From the IMG/VR virus record IMGVR_UViG_3300028906_000004, positions 759-64,758 of that record: a stretch of 64,000 nt of DNA. One strand, 5' to 3'. Shown piece after piece: positions 19,410-28,984 of the stretch. The translations under genes and the position numbers were made by a program. The notes beneath the pieces were generated by a model. That model had not been told where the DNA came from and searched no databases. It saw nothing but the letters and a program-made list of their open reading frames with translations. Position 1 is the stretch's first letter. Every line of letters starts with the position of its first letter. Source of the DNA: a virus. Lineage: Duplodnaviria > Caudoviricetes.

Positions 19410-19718
19410 TCATTTTCCCTTGGCCTTTTCGATTGCAGCGTTGATAATCAGTATCTGCTCTTTGCTGAAGATTGTTCTTTGACTCCATTTCAAGGCTTCG
19501 TTATGAGCGCTTTTGACAATTTCGAGGGCGTGCAGGAGGTCGGATAGTCCGCGACGCCTGACTTCCAGTTCCTGCGCCATTGCCAGGATCATGCCGACAT
19601 GGGCAAACTGTTCGTCGGCAGCGGGCCATTCCTCTCCGTAGCGGAGGAATCGCATTCCGCCGCCTTCTTCCTGAATGATGGTGTACTTGCCGCCGCCGAC
19701 TTCGACTCGTAATGCCAC
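19410..19718 (-). CDS. hypothetical phage protein
   Basis: VEVGGGKYTIIQEEGGGMRFLRYGEEW; GTG start with GAGG SD. Confidence 0.6.
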   Translation of the reverse strand: MALRVEVGGGKYTIIQEEGGGMRFLRYGEEWPAADEQFAHVGMILAMAQELEVRRRGLSDLLHALEIVKSAHNEALKWSQRTIFSKEQILIINAAIEKAKGK

Positions 19719-20608
19719 GGAAGTTCCCTCTTGACGAATAGGGAGGTTTGGAACATTACCAAAATTTCCCTATGAAGTGCGCTAATGTATGGAGGGTGAT
19801 TCCTATGCCGGCTGCAAAAAAGACGATAAAAGTAGCTTTCTGTGTTATCTTCATTGAGTTTTACCAGAACTTTTGAATGAAGTGTACAGCAACATAGCCG
19901 ACTGAACCTAGGGCAATAAGAACTGCTGCTGCCCAGCAGAAGAAAAGAACCATCATAGCGTTGTCGCTCATCTTCCTTTGGCCTTTTCGATTGCGGCGTT
20001 GATGGTGGCGAGCGCAATGTCAGTGACGCCGCGTGGAATGTTGTCGGCGTCGGCATCCTTGCAGGCGTCGCGGACCATTTCGCAGGCGTGCAGGAGGTCG
20101 GGAGCCGCCATTATAAGCGCAACATTGGCCCGACCTTCCTCGTGTCCTACATCCTGGTAGCAAGTGGGAAGGTAGGCAACGATGCCGTTTATGGAGTTGA
20201 TACGTCCGCTTTTCCAATCGGCAGTCCATGGCTCTTGCGAGTGCATAGGGAAAATTTCCTGTTGACGAATCGTAGGAGCTAACGTAATACACGTAATACG
20301 CATGTCAAGGGAAAAGTTAAATGGCCAACATACGGGACAAGATGCTGAACGTGCGAGTGTCGGGCAAGGTACTCAAGCAGCTCGACACTTGGCGGAAGGA
20401 ACTGTCTCGCTCCGAGGCGGTGCGGCGGCTGATTGCGAAGGCGCTGGCGGGAGGGAAGAAGTGAGCGAGCAGCATTTTTATGTGTTTAGTCATTGGGTCA
20501 ATCGGATACCTGTTTACGACCGTACCTGCGGGAATGAGCAAGCTGCAGCTAGGTGGGTTAAAAGATACCGTAATCAAGGTCGGGATGCTTTTTATTGTTT
20601 AACGGTTC

Positions 20609-23182
20609 CTAAGCTTTATTGGTATTAGATACTTCCCATTCTTTCAAAGTAACTCCCTTTCCCCACCTGTCGCCAATTTTAATCTCGCCTTCGATGGGGA
20701 CAGCTAGGTGAATCTCGAAGGCGTCGAAGAGGGATGGGCGGCGCATGATTTCGTCGAGGCGGCGGGCGATGCGGAGAGTGTAGTCCTGACGGACTTGGGC
20801 GAGGATAGAGTCGTAGACGGTGATGTAGGGACAGAAGATGCGTCTATCAGGAAATTCCGAGGTAATTTGCAGGAGTACCATGAAGTTGATATCGGATGCG
20901 AAACTTTGAATAGGAAAATTTATGGCCTGACGCTGAGCTTCTCCGCGCTCGTAGCTGTCGTAGGGAGATGTGGCGTCGGGGAGGCGGCGTACTCTGCCGG
21001 TGGGTGACCTGATAAATCCCTGAGAGCGGGCCAAGGACTTCTGCCGCTCCTGCCATTTTTCCAGGCGGGTGTAGGTTTGGAAGAAAGCGGAGCGGCTCTT
21101 TTGCGCTTGCAGCGGAGTGACGACCATGTCATAGTCGTCTCTAGCGTAGGTTATAAAACGCTTCCACCACATCCCAAAGCTGTACCCGAAGTTAACAGGC
21201 TTTGCCTTGCCTCTGATATCGAGTGCGGCCCACTGCGGGTCAGCCTTGTAGGCAGCTTTTGGGCCAGCCTTGAGCAGCACCTCGATTGCCTCTCCATAAT
21301 CGAAGGCGTGCAACTCCTTAAAGCCTGAGAGCTTGGCAGCAGTGCGTTTGACAAGGTCAGGGTAGCCGGCAGCGCGCTCTATCTCGCCAATGGCGGTGCG
21401 CCAGTGGATATCGATGCCGTTGCGGAAGCAGGCGCGCATTTCGGGATCGCCGCTGGCCTCGGCAATGAGGCGCAGCTCTATCTGGGAGAGGTCAGCGTCA
21501 ATGAGGTCGTAGCCGGGAGGCACGTCGATAAGAGCACGTATCCTGCCTTCTGGATCAGTCTTAGGCGAGGGAATCTGGTAGAAATTAGGATGCTCGCATG
21601 CGGGCCTTCCGGTTTTTGTCCCTGATAAGTTCACAGAAGGATGGATACGTTTCTGCACCAAGTACGGTTTCCAGCCAACGATGAAAGAAGAGAACTGCTT
21701 ACTTACCTTGCGGAAACGCAATAGATCCGTGACGACGGGGTGAATGATTTGCTTGAGGGCTGACTCTGAGGTGCTGGGAGCACCTTTTTCGGTGAAGAGA
21801 GGGCATTTTATCTTGAGATCGTCGTAGAGGAACTTGGCGACTTGGAGGGGTGATGCCCAGTTGATGTTGGCATGCTTCTGGAGAGCTTTTGTCGAGATTG
21901 GCTTGTTCTTGGTGTCGAAGATGAGCTGAGAGCGTAAAAATCTTTCTGCATCGTCCATTTTAGCGGTGTCGATATGGCAGCCGTTCTCCTCAATATCGAC
22001 GAAGAGATTACACAAGGGCATGGTGAGGAGCTTGAAGACGCGGGTAAGGTAGGGAGATTTATCTAGCTCTCGTTTTAGAATGAAGTAGAGCTGACGGGTG
22101 TAGTAGAGGTCATGGCCGTGATAATCGACTATTTTGGCGAATGAAGCTGCGCCCTGTTTTTCTGAGAGGGGAATGTCCCAGGTGGGAGCTGAGAGGTAGA
22201 GTTGGGCAAGGTGCTCAAGGTCGTGCAGGTCGTTCTCGTCGAGGAGGTGGTGAGCGAGCAGGGTATCGAAGGCGAGGTGCCAACGGACGCCGAAGTGGAC
22301 GCGCATCCATAGAAGGTCGAACTTCCCGCTCTGACCAATTAAAACTGCTCCGTCGATAACTTCATCAATCATGCCGACGATTTTTTCGAGGTCGGATGGA
22401 GTCCAGCATGTCTCCGAGTGGAAGAAGGGAATATGATACTCGCCGCTACGAGTGCCGAAGCCGAGCGTGACAATAGAGGCACCTTTTTGCCAGGGGTAGA
22501 GTCCTGAAGTTTCAAGATCCAGGGAGACAACGCCTTTGAGGGCCTGGAGCATGTCTTGCACCCGGCTCCAGGTGTTGACGATAACGGGATTGAGCTTGGT
22601 TTCACGTGGGATTCCCTGAAAGTCGATTATTTCCTTGAAGCGGGCGAAGTCGCGGTAGAGATACTTGGCGGTGTCTGGATCGTAGAAACTGGCTGCGGGG
22701 TGCAGCGTGGGGAGAATAATGCGTCCGTTTGCTTCGATAGCCCTGCCTCGGGCTTTTTTTATGCCGGTGCTGGGAAGTTGGGACGGCGCGATGAGGTCGG
22801 AGAAGGCTTTGAGCGCAGTGCCACCGAGCAGAAGAACATAGCGGGGATTGACGATATCGAGTTGCTTCTTGAGCCAGTAGCTGCAGGCTTTTATCTGAAC
22901 TGGAGTGGGAGCTTTGTTGTCGGTGGAATGGCATGCGACGCTGTTTGTAACGAAGCAGTCTTCGCGCAGGATGCCGGAGGTAGTGAGCAGGTGGTTGAGC
23001 TGCTGCCCTGCGTTGCCGATGAAGGGGATGCCTTCCTTATCCTCTTCTGCGCCGGGGTTTTGGCCTATAATCATAATCTCTGCGGAAATCGGCCCGGCGC
23101 CGAGCAGGCAGACGGTTTGAGCCTGCTGGTGCAGCCTACAGCGTTGGCAGTTGCGGTCAGGAGTGAGAGACGGAGCGAGCAT
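20609..23182 (-). CDS. polA: family A DNA polymerase with an N-terminal family-4-like uracil-DNA glycosylase domain and a 3'-5' exonuclease domain
   Basis: CQRC..C, IGQNPGAEED and HPAAS (UDG); SLDLETSG and FDTLLAHHLLDEN (exonuclease); DADLSQIELR (motif A), KPVNFGYSFGM (motif B), ITVYDS (motif C). Confidence 0.95.
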   Translation of the reverse strand: MLAPSLTPDRNCQRCRLHQQAQTVCLLGAGPISAEIMIIGQNPGAEEDKEGIPFIGNAGQQLNHLLTTSGILREDCFVTNSVACHSTDNKAPTPVQIKACSYWLKKQLDIVNPRYVLLLGGTALKAFSDLIAPSQLPSTGIKKARGRAIEANGRIILPTLHPAASFYDPDTAKYLYRDFARFKEIIDFQGIPRETKLNPVIVNTWSRVQDMLQALKGVVSLDLETSGLYPWQKGASIVTLGFGTRSGEYHIPFFHSETCWTPSDLEKIVGMIDEVIDGAVLIGQSGKFDLLWMRVHFGVRWHLAFDTLLAHHLLDENDLHDLEHLAQLYLSAPTWDIPLSEKQGAASFAKIVDYHGHDLYYTRQLYFILKRELDKSPYLTRVFKLLTMPLCNLFVDIEENGCHIDTAKMDDAERFLRSQLIFDTKNKPISTKALQKHANINWASPLQVAKFLYDDLKIKCPLFTEKGAPSTSESALKQIIHPVVTDLLRFRKVSKQFSSFIVGWKPYLVQKRIHPSVNLSGTKTGRPACEHPNFYQIPSPKTDPEGRIRALIDVPPGYDLIDADLSQIELRLIAEASGDPEMRACFRNGIDIHWRTAIGEIERAAGYPDLVKRTAAKLSGFKELHAFDYGEAIEVLLKAGPKAAYKADPQWAALDIRGKAKPVNFGYSFGMWWKRFITYARDDYDMVVTPLQAQKSRSAFFQTYTRLEKWQERQKSLARSQGFIRSPTGRVRRLPDATSPYDSYERGEAQRQAINFPIQSFASDINFMVLLQITSEFPDRRIFCPYITVYDSILAQVRQDYTLRIARRLDEIMRRPSLFDAFEIHLAVPIEGEIKIGDRWGKGVTLKEWEVSNTNKA

Positions 23183-23350
23183 GTCATTCTGTTGCCAAAG
23201 TAATTAGGACTCGCATTGCAATAGCTTTTCCCGTCTTCAGGTCGTTTGGGTCTCTGGTTCCGTTTACGTAATTGGTTTCCGCTCCCAATTTTGTCGAGTA
23301 GACGGTATCCGTCAGAATCTGATTGTCTACTACCATTGCCCAAGCTTTAA

Positions 23351-23587
23351 TCATGTTGTCTTCTCTATCGTTATCAGGACGTTGTCGCCAGCCTTGAGGT
23401 CGGGTTCGTCGTTGCCGGCGTGGACGGAGAAGTTGCCGGGGAAGACGAGCCACCAGCCGGTATCCTCGTAGACGTGCTGAGCGTTGCCGGCGGTGTCCTT
23501 GAAAGAACGGACGTGTTGCTTGCGTTGCTCGACGGCGAGGACTTGGACGGTGGCTCGGATTTTCATCGCGACTTCCAGAGACGGCAA
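23351..23587 (-). CDS. hypothetical protein
   Basis: 78-aa ORF in the minus-strand run. Confidence 0.5.
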   Translation of the reverse strand: MPSLEVAMKIRATVQVLAVEQRKQHVRSFKDTAGNAQHVYEDTGWWLVFPGNFSVHAGNDEPDLKAGDNVLITIEKTT

Positions 23588-23626
23588 AGAGAAGAATAAG
23601 CGTGAGCAGGAAGTCGTCGAGCGGCG

Positions 23627-23839
23627 TCACCGCGCGTTGAGCGAGAGGCCAAGCGTGAAGGCCTTCTGCCGCGTGGCGCCGGTTGAGCGGTTGAGCGCAG
23701 CGGCGATATCTCGGGCAGGCGTCTTCTTCTTGGCGAGTTGAGCGAGCGTCTTCTCGTCGGCAGGCGTCCACTCGCGCCGCTTGGAACCGTTCTTGGCGAC
23801 GGCTTTCTTGCTGGTAGCTGCTTTTACCTTCTTGGCCAT
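23627..23839 (-). CDS. small basic HTH protein (GcrA N-terminal-like)
   Basis: RREWTPADEKTLAQLAKKKTPARDIAAALNRSTGATRQKAFTLGLSL; GGAGAG SD before the ATG at 23839. Confidence 0.7.
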   Translation of the reverse strand: MAKKVKAATSKKAVAKNGSKRREWTPADEKTLAQLAKKKTPARDIAAALNRSTGATRQKAFTLGLSLNAR

Positions 23840-24000
23840 TTGTCTCTCCGTTGGTTTAGGATTTTCGTCCTTGAGGGATTTTTCGGAATAATTTCTAATA
23901 ATCGGTGAATTGTAGGAAGTCAAGCCTTGATTTTTAGGGTGGGAATGTTGCAGGCTCGATTCCCCGCGTTCCAAGCCACAAACCCCTGAGAGCGAAGCGC

Positions 24001-24741
24001 ATGCCAATATACAATGGCGACTGCCTTGAGATTTTGCCAGATATTGAAGCAAATCGAATCGATTTGATTCTTTGCGACCCACCTTACGGCATTACGTCGG
24101 CTGGCTTCGATTGCGAGATTGATCTCAAACAGCTTTGGCCGCAGCTTTGGCGCGTTGCAAAAGCACATTGCGCGGTGGTTTTGACTTCTGCGCAACCGTT
24201 TTCCTCAGTCGTAGTAATGAGTCAGATTGAGCACTTCAAACATGAGTGGGTGTGGATAAAAAATAGAGGAAGCAATTTTGCTAATACTGTTCGTGAGCCG
24301 ATGAAGGAACACGAGAACATTCTCGTCTTTTCACGCGGCAAGTGGACTTACAACAGGCAGATGCAGGAACGTACCGGAGGCGGCCTTAGTCGAGTCCAGT
24401 ATAATGTAGCTTTTCGGACGCAATCGGAAAACTATCGAGAATTTGAGGATCGCAAGGAAAACAAGCTGCCTGATCAGCGAGTGCCGTCGAGTTGGCAGAA
24501 GTTTAATACCGAGGTAGGTCTACACCCTCAGCAGAAACCTGTTGATTTATTCCGTTACCTAATCCGTACCTACTCTAATCCTGGAATGACTGTCTTGGAC
24601 TTCTCATGCGGTTCCGGGACGACTGCTATAGCAGCATTGCGGGAAGGCAGGAAGTACGTCTGTATTGAGAAAGAACCGAGATTTTTTGATGTTACAAAAG
24701 AGCGAATCAAGTCTGAACAAGCTTCTAAACGGAGCAAGTGA
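24001..24741 (+). CDS. N6/N4 site-specific DNA methyltransferase (beta class)
   Basis: GDCLE, DLILCDPPYG, HPQQKPVDL, VLDFSCGSGTT. Confidence 0.9.
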   Translation: MPIYNGDCLEILPDIEANRIDLILCDPPYGITSAGFDCEIDLKQLWPQLWRVAKAHCAVVLTSAQPFSSVVVMSQIEHFKHEWVWIKNRGSNFANTVREPMKEHENILVFSRGKWTYNRQMQERTGGGLSRVQYNVAFRTQSENYREFEDRKENKLPDQRVPSSWQKFNTEVGLHPQQKPVDLFRYLIRTYSNPGMTVLDFSCGSGTTAIAALREGRKYVCIEKEPRFFDVTKERIKSEQASKRSK

Positions 24742-26656
24742 CGTGCTGATACCCCATCTTTGGGCGGATGTGCCCGGTGAGTATTTTTGCGTCTCGACGA
24801 TGGAGACGAATGACGGGGTGTGGGTGGAGAAGGGGGAATGGCGGGACAGGTTTTTTAGTAGGAGGGAATTTGGCGAGGTGGCGGGGTATATTGCGGAGGC
24901 TGATGCGCGCAAGGCGAATGTCTACTTCTGTCCGCATGGGTTTAGTGAGCGGAGGAAGTCGGCGGAGACGGCGGTGCTGCCGTGGATGCTGTGGGCCGAT
25001 ATAGATGCTGGGGATATTACCCTGTACCAGCCTCATGTGCTGATTCAGAGTTCTCGGGGGCGGTGGCAAGGGCTGGTGTGGATAAATCAGGAATGGAGCG
25101 TGGGGGTGGCTCGGGGATACACACAAGCGGTGAAGGCGGATAGCGGGTGCTGGAATTTGACGCGGGTGTTGCGAGTGCCGGGAACGCGGAACTGGAAGAG
25201 AGGGGGAGAGCGGGTGCGTCTGTTTCGGAATGAGAACAGGTGGGAGCATAAGATTTATCAGGGCAATGAGTGGGGTGAAGTTGCCGAGCTGGTGTCGAGT
25301 TTGAAGGCGGGGGACTGGGGCGGAGACGAGGGGTCGCTGGACGAGGCGAATGAGCTGTGGACCGGGTATCAGGAGAACGTGCCGCGATGGGCGAGACGGA
25401 TCTATTACGAGAAGGTGAAGGCGGAGACGGATAGAAGCGTAAAGATTTGGAACCTGGCGCGGGGGATGCGTCAAGCAGGAATGTCGTTGGAGGAAATCTA
25501 CAAGGTTCTGCATTGGCATCCTCGGCTCAATAAGTTTGAGAATCGCCCTGGGCAATTGAGGAAAGACGTTGAGAAAGGAGCGGCGCAAGTGTTGCTGGTG
25601 CATGATGGGGGGAAAGAGGGGAAGAAAGGAAAAATAAAGGTGCAGTTGCGGAAGGAGGCGCGGCTGATATTGACGAGCAAGGAGTTCATGGAAGGGTTTA
25701 TTCCTCCTGATTATGTTCTCGATGGGATTATGCAGCAGGGATATCTGTACGCGCTGACCGGGAAGACGGGAGCGGGTAAATCGGCCTTGATGCTGCTGAT
25801 AGCGCAGAGCGTAAGCCGGGAGGAGGATGTAGGGGAGCGGGAAGTGAAGGGAGGGAAGGTGCTGTACCTGGCCGGTGAGAATCCAGATGAACTGTGTATG
25901 CGCACCATCGGCATGAAGGCGGGGGGAGAGAATCTATTCTGGATACGGGGGACGGCAGTGTCGCTGAGCGAGGACTTCGAGAGAATCCGGGACGAGGTCG
26001 TGGAGACAGTCGGTGAGCTGGTTATGGTGGTGGTGGATACGTCGCCGGCTTACTTTCAGGGCGATGAGGAGAACTCCAACGCGCAGATGGGCGACTGGGC
26101 GAGAACGCTGCGCAAGCTGACTGAACTGCCGGGGAAGCCGACTGTGGTGGCGAACTGTCACCCGGCGAAGAATGCCGAGGACGGGGCGCTGTTGCCGCGT
26201 GGAGGTGGAGCCTTCGTCAATGAGGTGGACGGCAATTTGACGTGCGTGCGGGAGGGCGAGCTTATGACTTTGCACTTTTACCAGAAATTCCGGGGTGCAG
26301 AATTTAAGGAAATGCGGTTTGAGCTGGAGACGTATTTTAGCGACTTGATAAAGGATTCGCGAGGGCGGAAGATTCCGCTGGTGAAGGCGAAGGCGCTGAC
26401 CGAGAGGGAGGCGGGGAGGAGAGAGAGCGAGATTGCCTCGCAGAGTGACCGGGTGCTGGGGTGGATGAAGGCTTATCCAGGAGCATCATTTACTGAGATT
26501 GGGAAGGGGACGGATATCCACCCCAGCTCGGTCAATCGGATTGTACGGGGCCTGGTGCAGCTTGGCCTGGTGGTGAAGAATAAGAAAACGCAGCGTTACG
26601 AGGTGACGAAAAAGGGTGTCGAAGAGTTGAAAAAGGTGCGGGGTGTAAGAGAGTAA
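24665..26656 (+). CDS. primase-helicase (RepB-like primase, AAA_25-type helicase, C-terminal HTH)
   Basis: LWADID, QSSRGRWQGL and TRVLRVPGTRNWK (primase); GKTGAGKS, VVDT and HPAK (helicase); winged HTH at the C-terminus. Confidence 0.9.
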   Translation: MRKNRDFLMLQKSESSLNKLLNGASDVLIPHLWADVPGEYFCVSTMETNDGVWVEKGEWRDRFFSRREFGEVAGYIAEADARKANVYFCPHGFSERRKSAETAVLPWMLWADIDAGDITLYQPHVLIQSSRGRWQGLVWINQEWSVGVARGYTQAVKADSGCWNLTRVLRVPGTRNWKRGGERVRLFRNENRWEHKIYQGNEWGEVAELVSSLKAGDWGGDEGSLDEANELWTGYQENVPRWARRIYYEKVKAETDRSVKIWNLARGMRQAGMSLEEIYKVLHWHPRLNKFENRPGQLRKDVEKGAAQVLLVHDGGKEGKKGKIKVQLRKEARLILTSKEFMEGFIPPDYVLDGIMQQGYLYALTGKTGAGKSALMLLIAQSVSREEDVGEREVKGGKVLYLAGENPDELCMRTIGMKAGGENLFWIRGTAVSLSEDFERIRDEVVETVGELVMVVVDTSPAYFQGDEENSNAQMGDWARTLRKLTELPGKPTVVANCHPAKNAEDGALLPRGGGAFVNEVDGNLTCVREGELMTLHFYQKFRGAEFKEMRFELETYFSDLIKDSRGRKIPLVKAKALTEREAGRRESEIASQSDRVLGWMKAYPGASFTEIGKGTDIHPSSVNRIVRGLVQLGLVVKNKKTQRYEVTKKGVEELKKVRGVRE

Positions 26657-26659
26657 AAA

Positions 26660-26910
26660 TACAACTATTTATCGTTTCGGGGGGCGAAACGGCGAAACTA
26701 ATTTTCGAGGGGTTTTTTTGCCAATTTTGGGCCGTTTCGCTTCGGGTCGTTTCGGGGGGTTGAGGGGCGAAACGACGATGAGAGAAATGGCTGCAGGAGT
26801 AGGAGAAGTGGGGTTTTGTGGGCGAAACGTTTCGCGAAACGGCCGGATAACGGGGAGGGGGGTTAAAACCCCCCGATCCCTCCCGTTTCGTTTCGGCCTC
26901 TACCCTTTAG
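26660..26910. other. candidate replication origin: 11 CGAAAC/GTTTCG hexamers plus an inverted repeat
   Basis: CGAAAC at 26685, 26693, 26768, 26823 and 26835; GTTTCG at 26674, 26734, 26749, 26829, 26885 and 26890; GGGGGG-TTAAAA-CCCCCC hairpin; lies directly after the primase-helicase stop. Confidence 0.6.
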
Positions 26911-27236
26911 GGGGGACTTCCCGAATCAGGCTTATGAGGCAGCGCGGGTGCTTCTCTCGCCAATCGTCGAAGACGGCGCGGGCGAGAGCTTCGGTGTCGT
27001 ACCAGCCGTCGAAGTGGGTGGGATCGTTCGCGCCGTTGTAGCTGATGACGCCGTAGCGGGGCTTCTGCATTGCGGGCATAGGTGTAACCCTCCTTTGATG
27101 AGCCAGCCGGCTTTGATGGCAGCGAGGGTGACTTTGGAAAGGGCGGTGTCGGAGGAATTGGCCGAAGCCTGTAATTCTCCCAAAGCATGGTTGCAGCCTT
27201 CGCAGACGATGCGGGCGGTGCAGGTGACGGAGATGG

Positions 27237-27722
27237 TCATTTTTGGTTGGACCATTTCTTGAGCTTGGCGCGGAAGGATTCTAGGCTCTCTGGGATTGGA
27301 TCGCTTAGCTTGCCTTTGCGGAAGTGCTGTGAAGCGAAGATTGTCATTGTTTCTGCTCTGCCGCCAATTACGTAGACGGTGGAGTTGGGAAGGTTACTGG
27401 TGAGGCGACAGTAGAGGATACGCTGGGCATCGTTGCGCTTGCCTAGAAGAGCTTCATGCTTTGGCTTGTTCCAGATAGAGGCAGGGTTAATGACGTGCTT
27501 CCATTCGAGGAAGAGGAATCTTCCATTGTCTTCAATGACGCCGTCGATGTCGCTCATGCTCATAGGCTTGCCGTTGCGCTCGGGGAAGCATCCGTTGAAG
27601 GCGGAAAACTTCACCCGAGATTTTAGCAAGTGACAGTTAGACGGCTTAGGCTCTGAAGGTGACGAGCATTGATGCTCAAGAATCCTCGGTGCTACTTGCT
27701 CTCGTTGCCCCATGCTTCCCAT
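27237..27722 (-). CDS. hypothetical protein, possibly a PD-(D/E)XK-like fold
   Basis: MSDIDGVIEDNGRFLFLEWKH motif. Confidence 0.55.
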   Translation of the reverse strand: MGSMGQREQVAPRILEHQCSSPSEPKPSNCHLLKSRVKFSAFNGCFPERNGKPMSMSDIDGVIEDNGRFLFLEWKHVINPASIWNKPKHEALLGKRNDAQRILYCRLTSNLPNSTVYVIGGRAETMTIFASQHFRKGKLSDPIPESLESFRAKLKKWSNQK

Positions 27723-28984
27723 CCTTTGCGAGGCTCGCCACGACGGTGCAGTTCAATCTTGGGGAGAGAGGGAAAGAGCTTTTCGATGAGTTTGAGAACT
27801 TCCTCCGGCTTCTCCGAGTGGCGGCCTGGTTTGGCTTGGAGGATGGATTTGATTTGAGTGCCGGGGGCGGGGGCGGGAATTTTGCCCTTGATGCCGACAA
27901 GAAGCAGTTCGTGCTCGTTGCGGAACCAGTAGCCGAGGCCGAGCTTGCCGACCTTATGCCAGATGAGGTGGGCCTTGTAGGTGAAGCCCCATTTGGACAT
28001 GACTTGAAGGGCTTCCGGCAGCATCGGCGCGACGGCCCAGAGGAAGAGCACGGAGTTTGGGGCGGAGATGCTCGGTACTTTGAGCTTGAGGATGTCCTTG
28101 AGCGACTGGGTAGGGTAGTGGGACTCAGGGGACTTTGTCAGGTCGCCCATTGGGATGTTCTCGTAGCGCCAAGGAGGGTCGGCGAGGATGACGCCGAATT
28201 TGGTAGTGGGGAGGGCGCGGACTTTGGCGCCAAGAGCTTTCTCCTGCTTGGCACGCTTGTTTTTCTTCACTGCGTTTTTGGCGGTGCGGGCTTTGTCGGT
28301 GGGATTCTCTTTGGTTTCAGTCTCCTTGAGAATATCGGCTTGCTCTTCGGGGGAAAGGTCGGCGATATCTGCGGCTGTTTTGACGGGAATGTCACCTTTA
28401 TCGACGGCGGCCTGAAGCTTCTTGGAGCCCTTCTTGAGCACTTTGCGGGCACGGGCGATGCTGGGAGTGCTGACTCCTACCGTTTCAGCAGCCCCCGCTT
28501 TGGATTTTCCCGACTTTGTATCCTGGGATACAAGGTCGGTTCGAGCGCCTTGCTTCAGAGCCTCGAATCGCCCGCCAACCATGGAGAGCTGGCTCTCGTT
28601 GAGGTGCCGACGCTTGAGGTTTTTGGACATGACGAAGGACAGGGCTTCATCGTCGCTACCGGAGAAGGTATCGAAGAATTTGTGATCCTTGAGCGGAGGA
28701 TTCGAGGAATCCGGCCATAAGCCGGCGTTGAAGGCTGCTTTGTACCGATTGCGACCGTCAAGAATAAAGCCTTCATAGAGTGTGATGGGCTCGATTAGTC
28801 CATGTTCTTTGATATCGGCAGTAAGCTCTTTCAGCTCATAGCTCTCAATCAGCGGGAAGATGTCAGCGAACTTATGAGGCAGAAGTCTGCCTGACTTGGG
28901 TGCGTCTGGCTTGTCGTGGAAGGGGGCTTTGTTGTCCTTGTTGCGCTGGATTTCGGCGGGGATGTCTGCGTCATTGTTGGTCAT
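27692..28984 (-). CDS. ParB-like N-terminal domain fused to an MT-A70-family adenine methyltransferase
   Basis: GLIEPITLYEGFILDGRNRYKAA and NLKRRHL (ParB); ILADPPWRY, LFLWAV, GLGYWFRNEHELLLVG and HSEKP (MT-A70). Confidence 0.9.
   Translation of the reverse strand: MTNNDADIPAEIQRNKDNKAPFHDKPDAPKSGRLLPHKFADIFPLIESYELKELTADIKEHGLIEPITLYEGFILDGRNRYKAAFNAGLWPDSSNPPLKDHKFFDTFSGSDDEALSFVMSKNLKRRHLNESQLSMVGGRFEALKQGARTDLVSQDTKSGKSKAGAAETVGVSTPSIARARKVLKKGSKKLQAAVDKGDIPVKTAADIADLSPEEQADILKETETKENPTDKARTAKNAVKKNKRAKQEKALGAKVRALPTTKFGVILADPPWRYENIPMGDLTKSPESHYPTQSLKDILKLKVPSISAPNSVLFLWAVAPMLPEALQVMSKWGFTYKAHLIWHKVGKLGLGYWFRNEHELLLVGIKGKIPAPAPGTQIKSILQAKPGRHSEKPEEVLKLIEKLFPSLPKIELHRRGEPRKGWEAWGNESK

Noticed and set aside
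23941-23980. GCAGGCTCGATTCCCCGC resembling a tRNA T-arm or att site
   Set aside because: Mismatched stem, non-canonical loop, no upstream cloverleaf and no second copy in the window.
27659-28720. 353-aa plus-strand ORF
   Set aside because: Antisense shadow of the ParB-MT-A70 gene.
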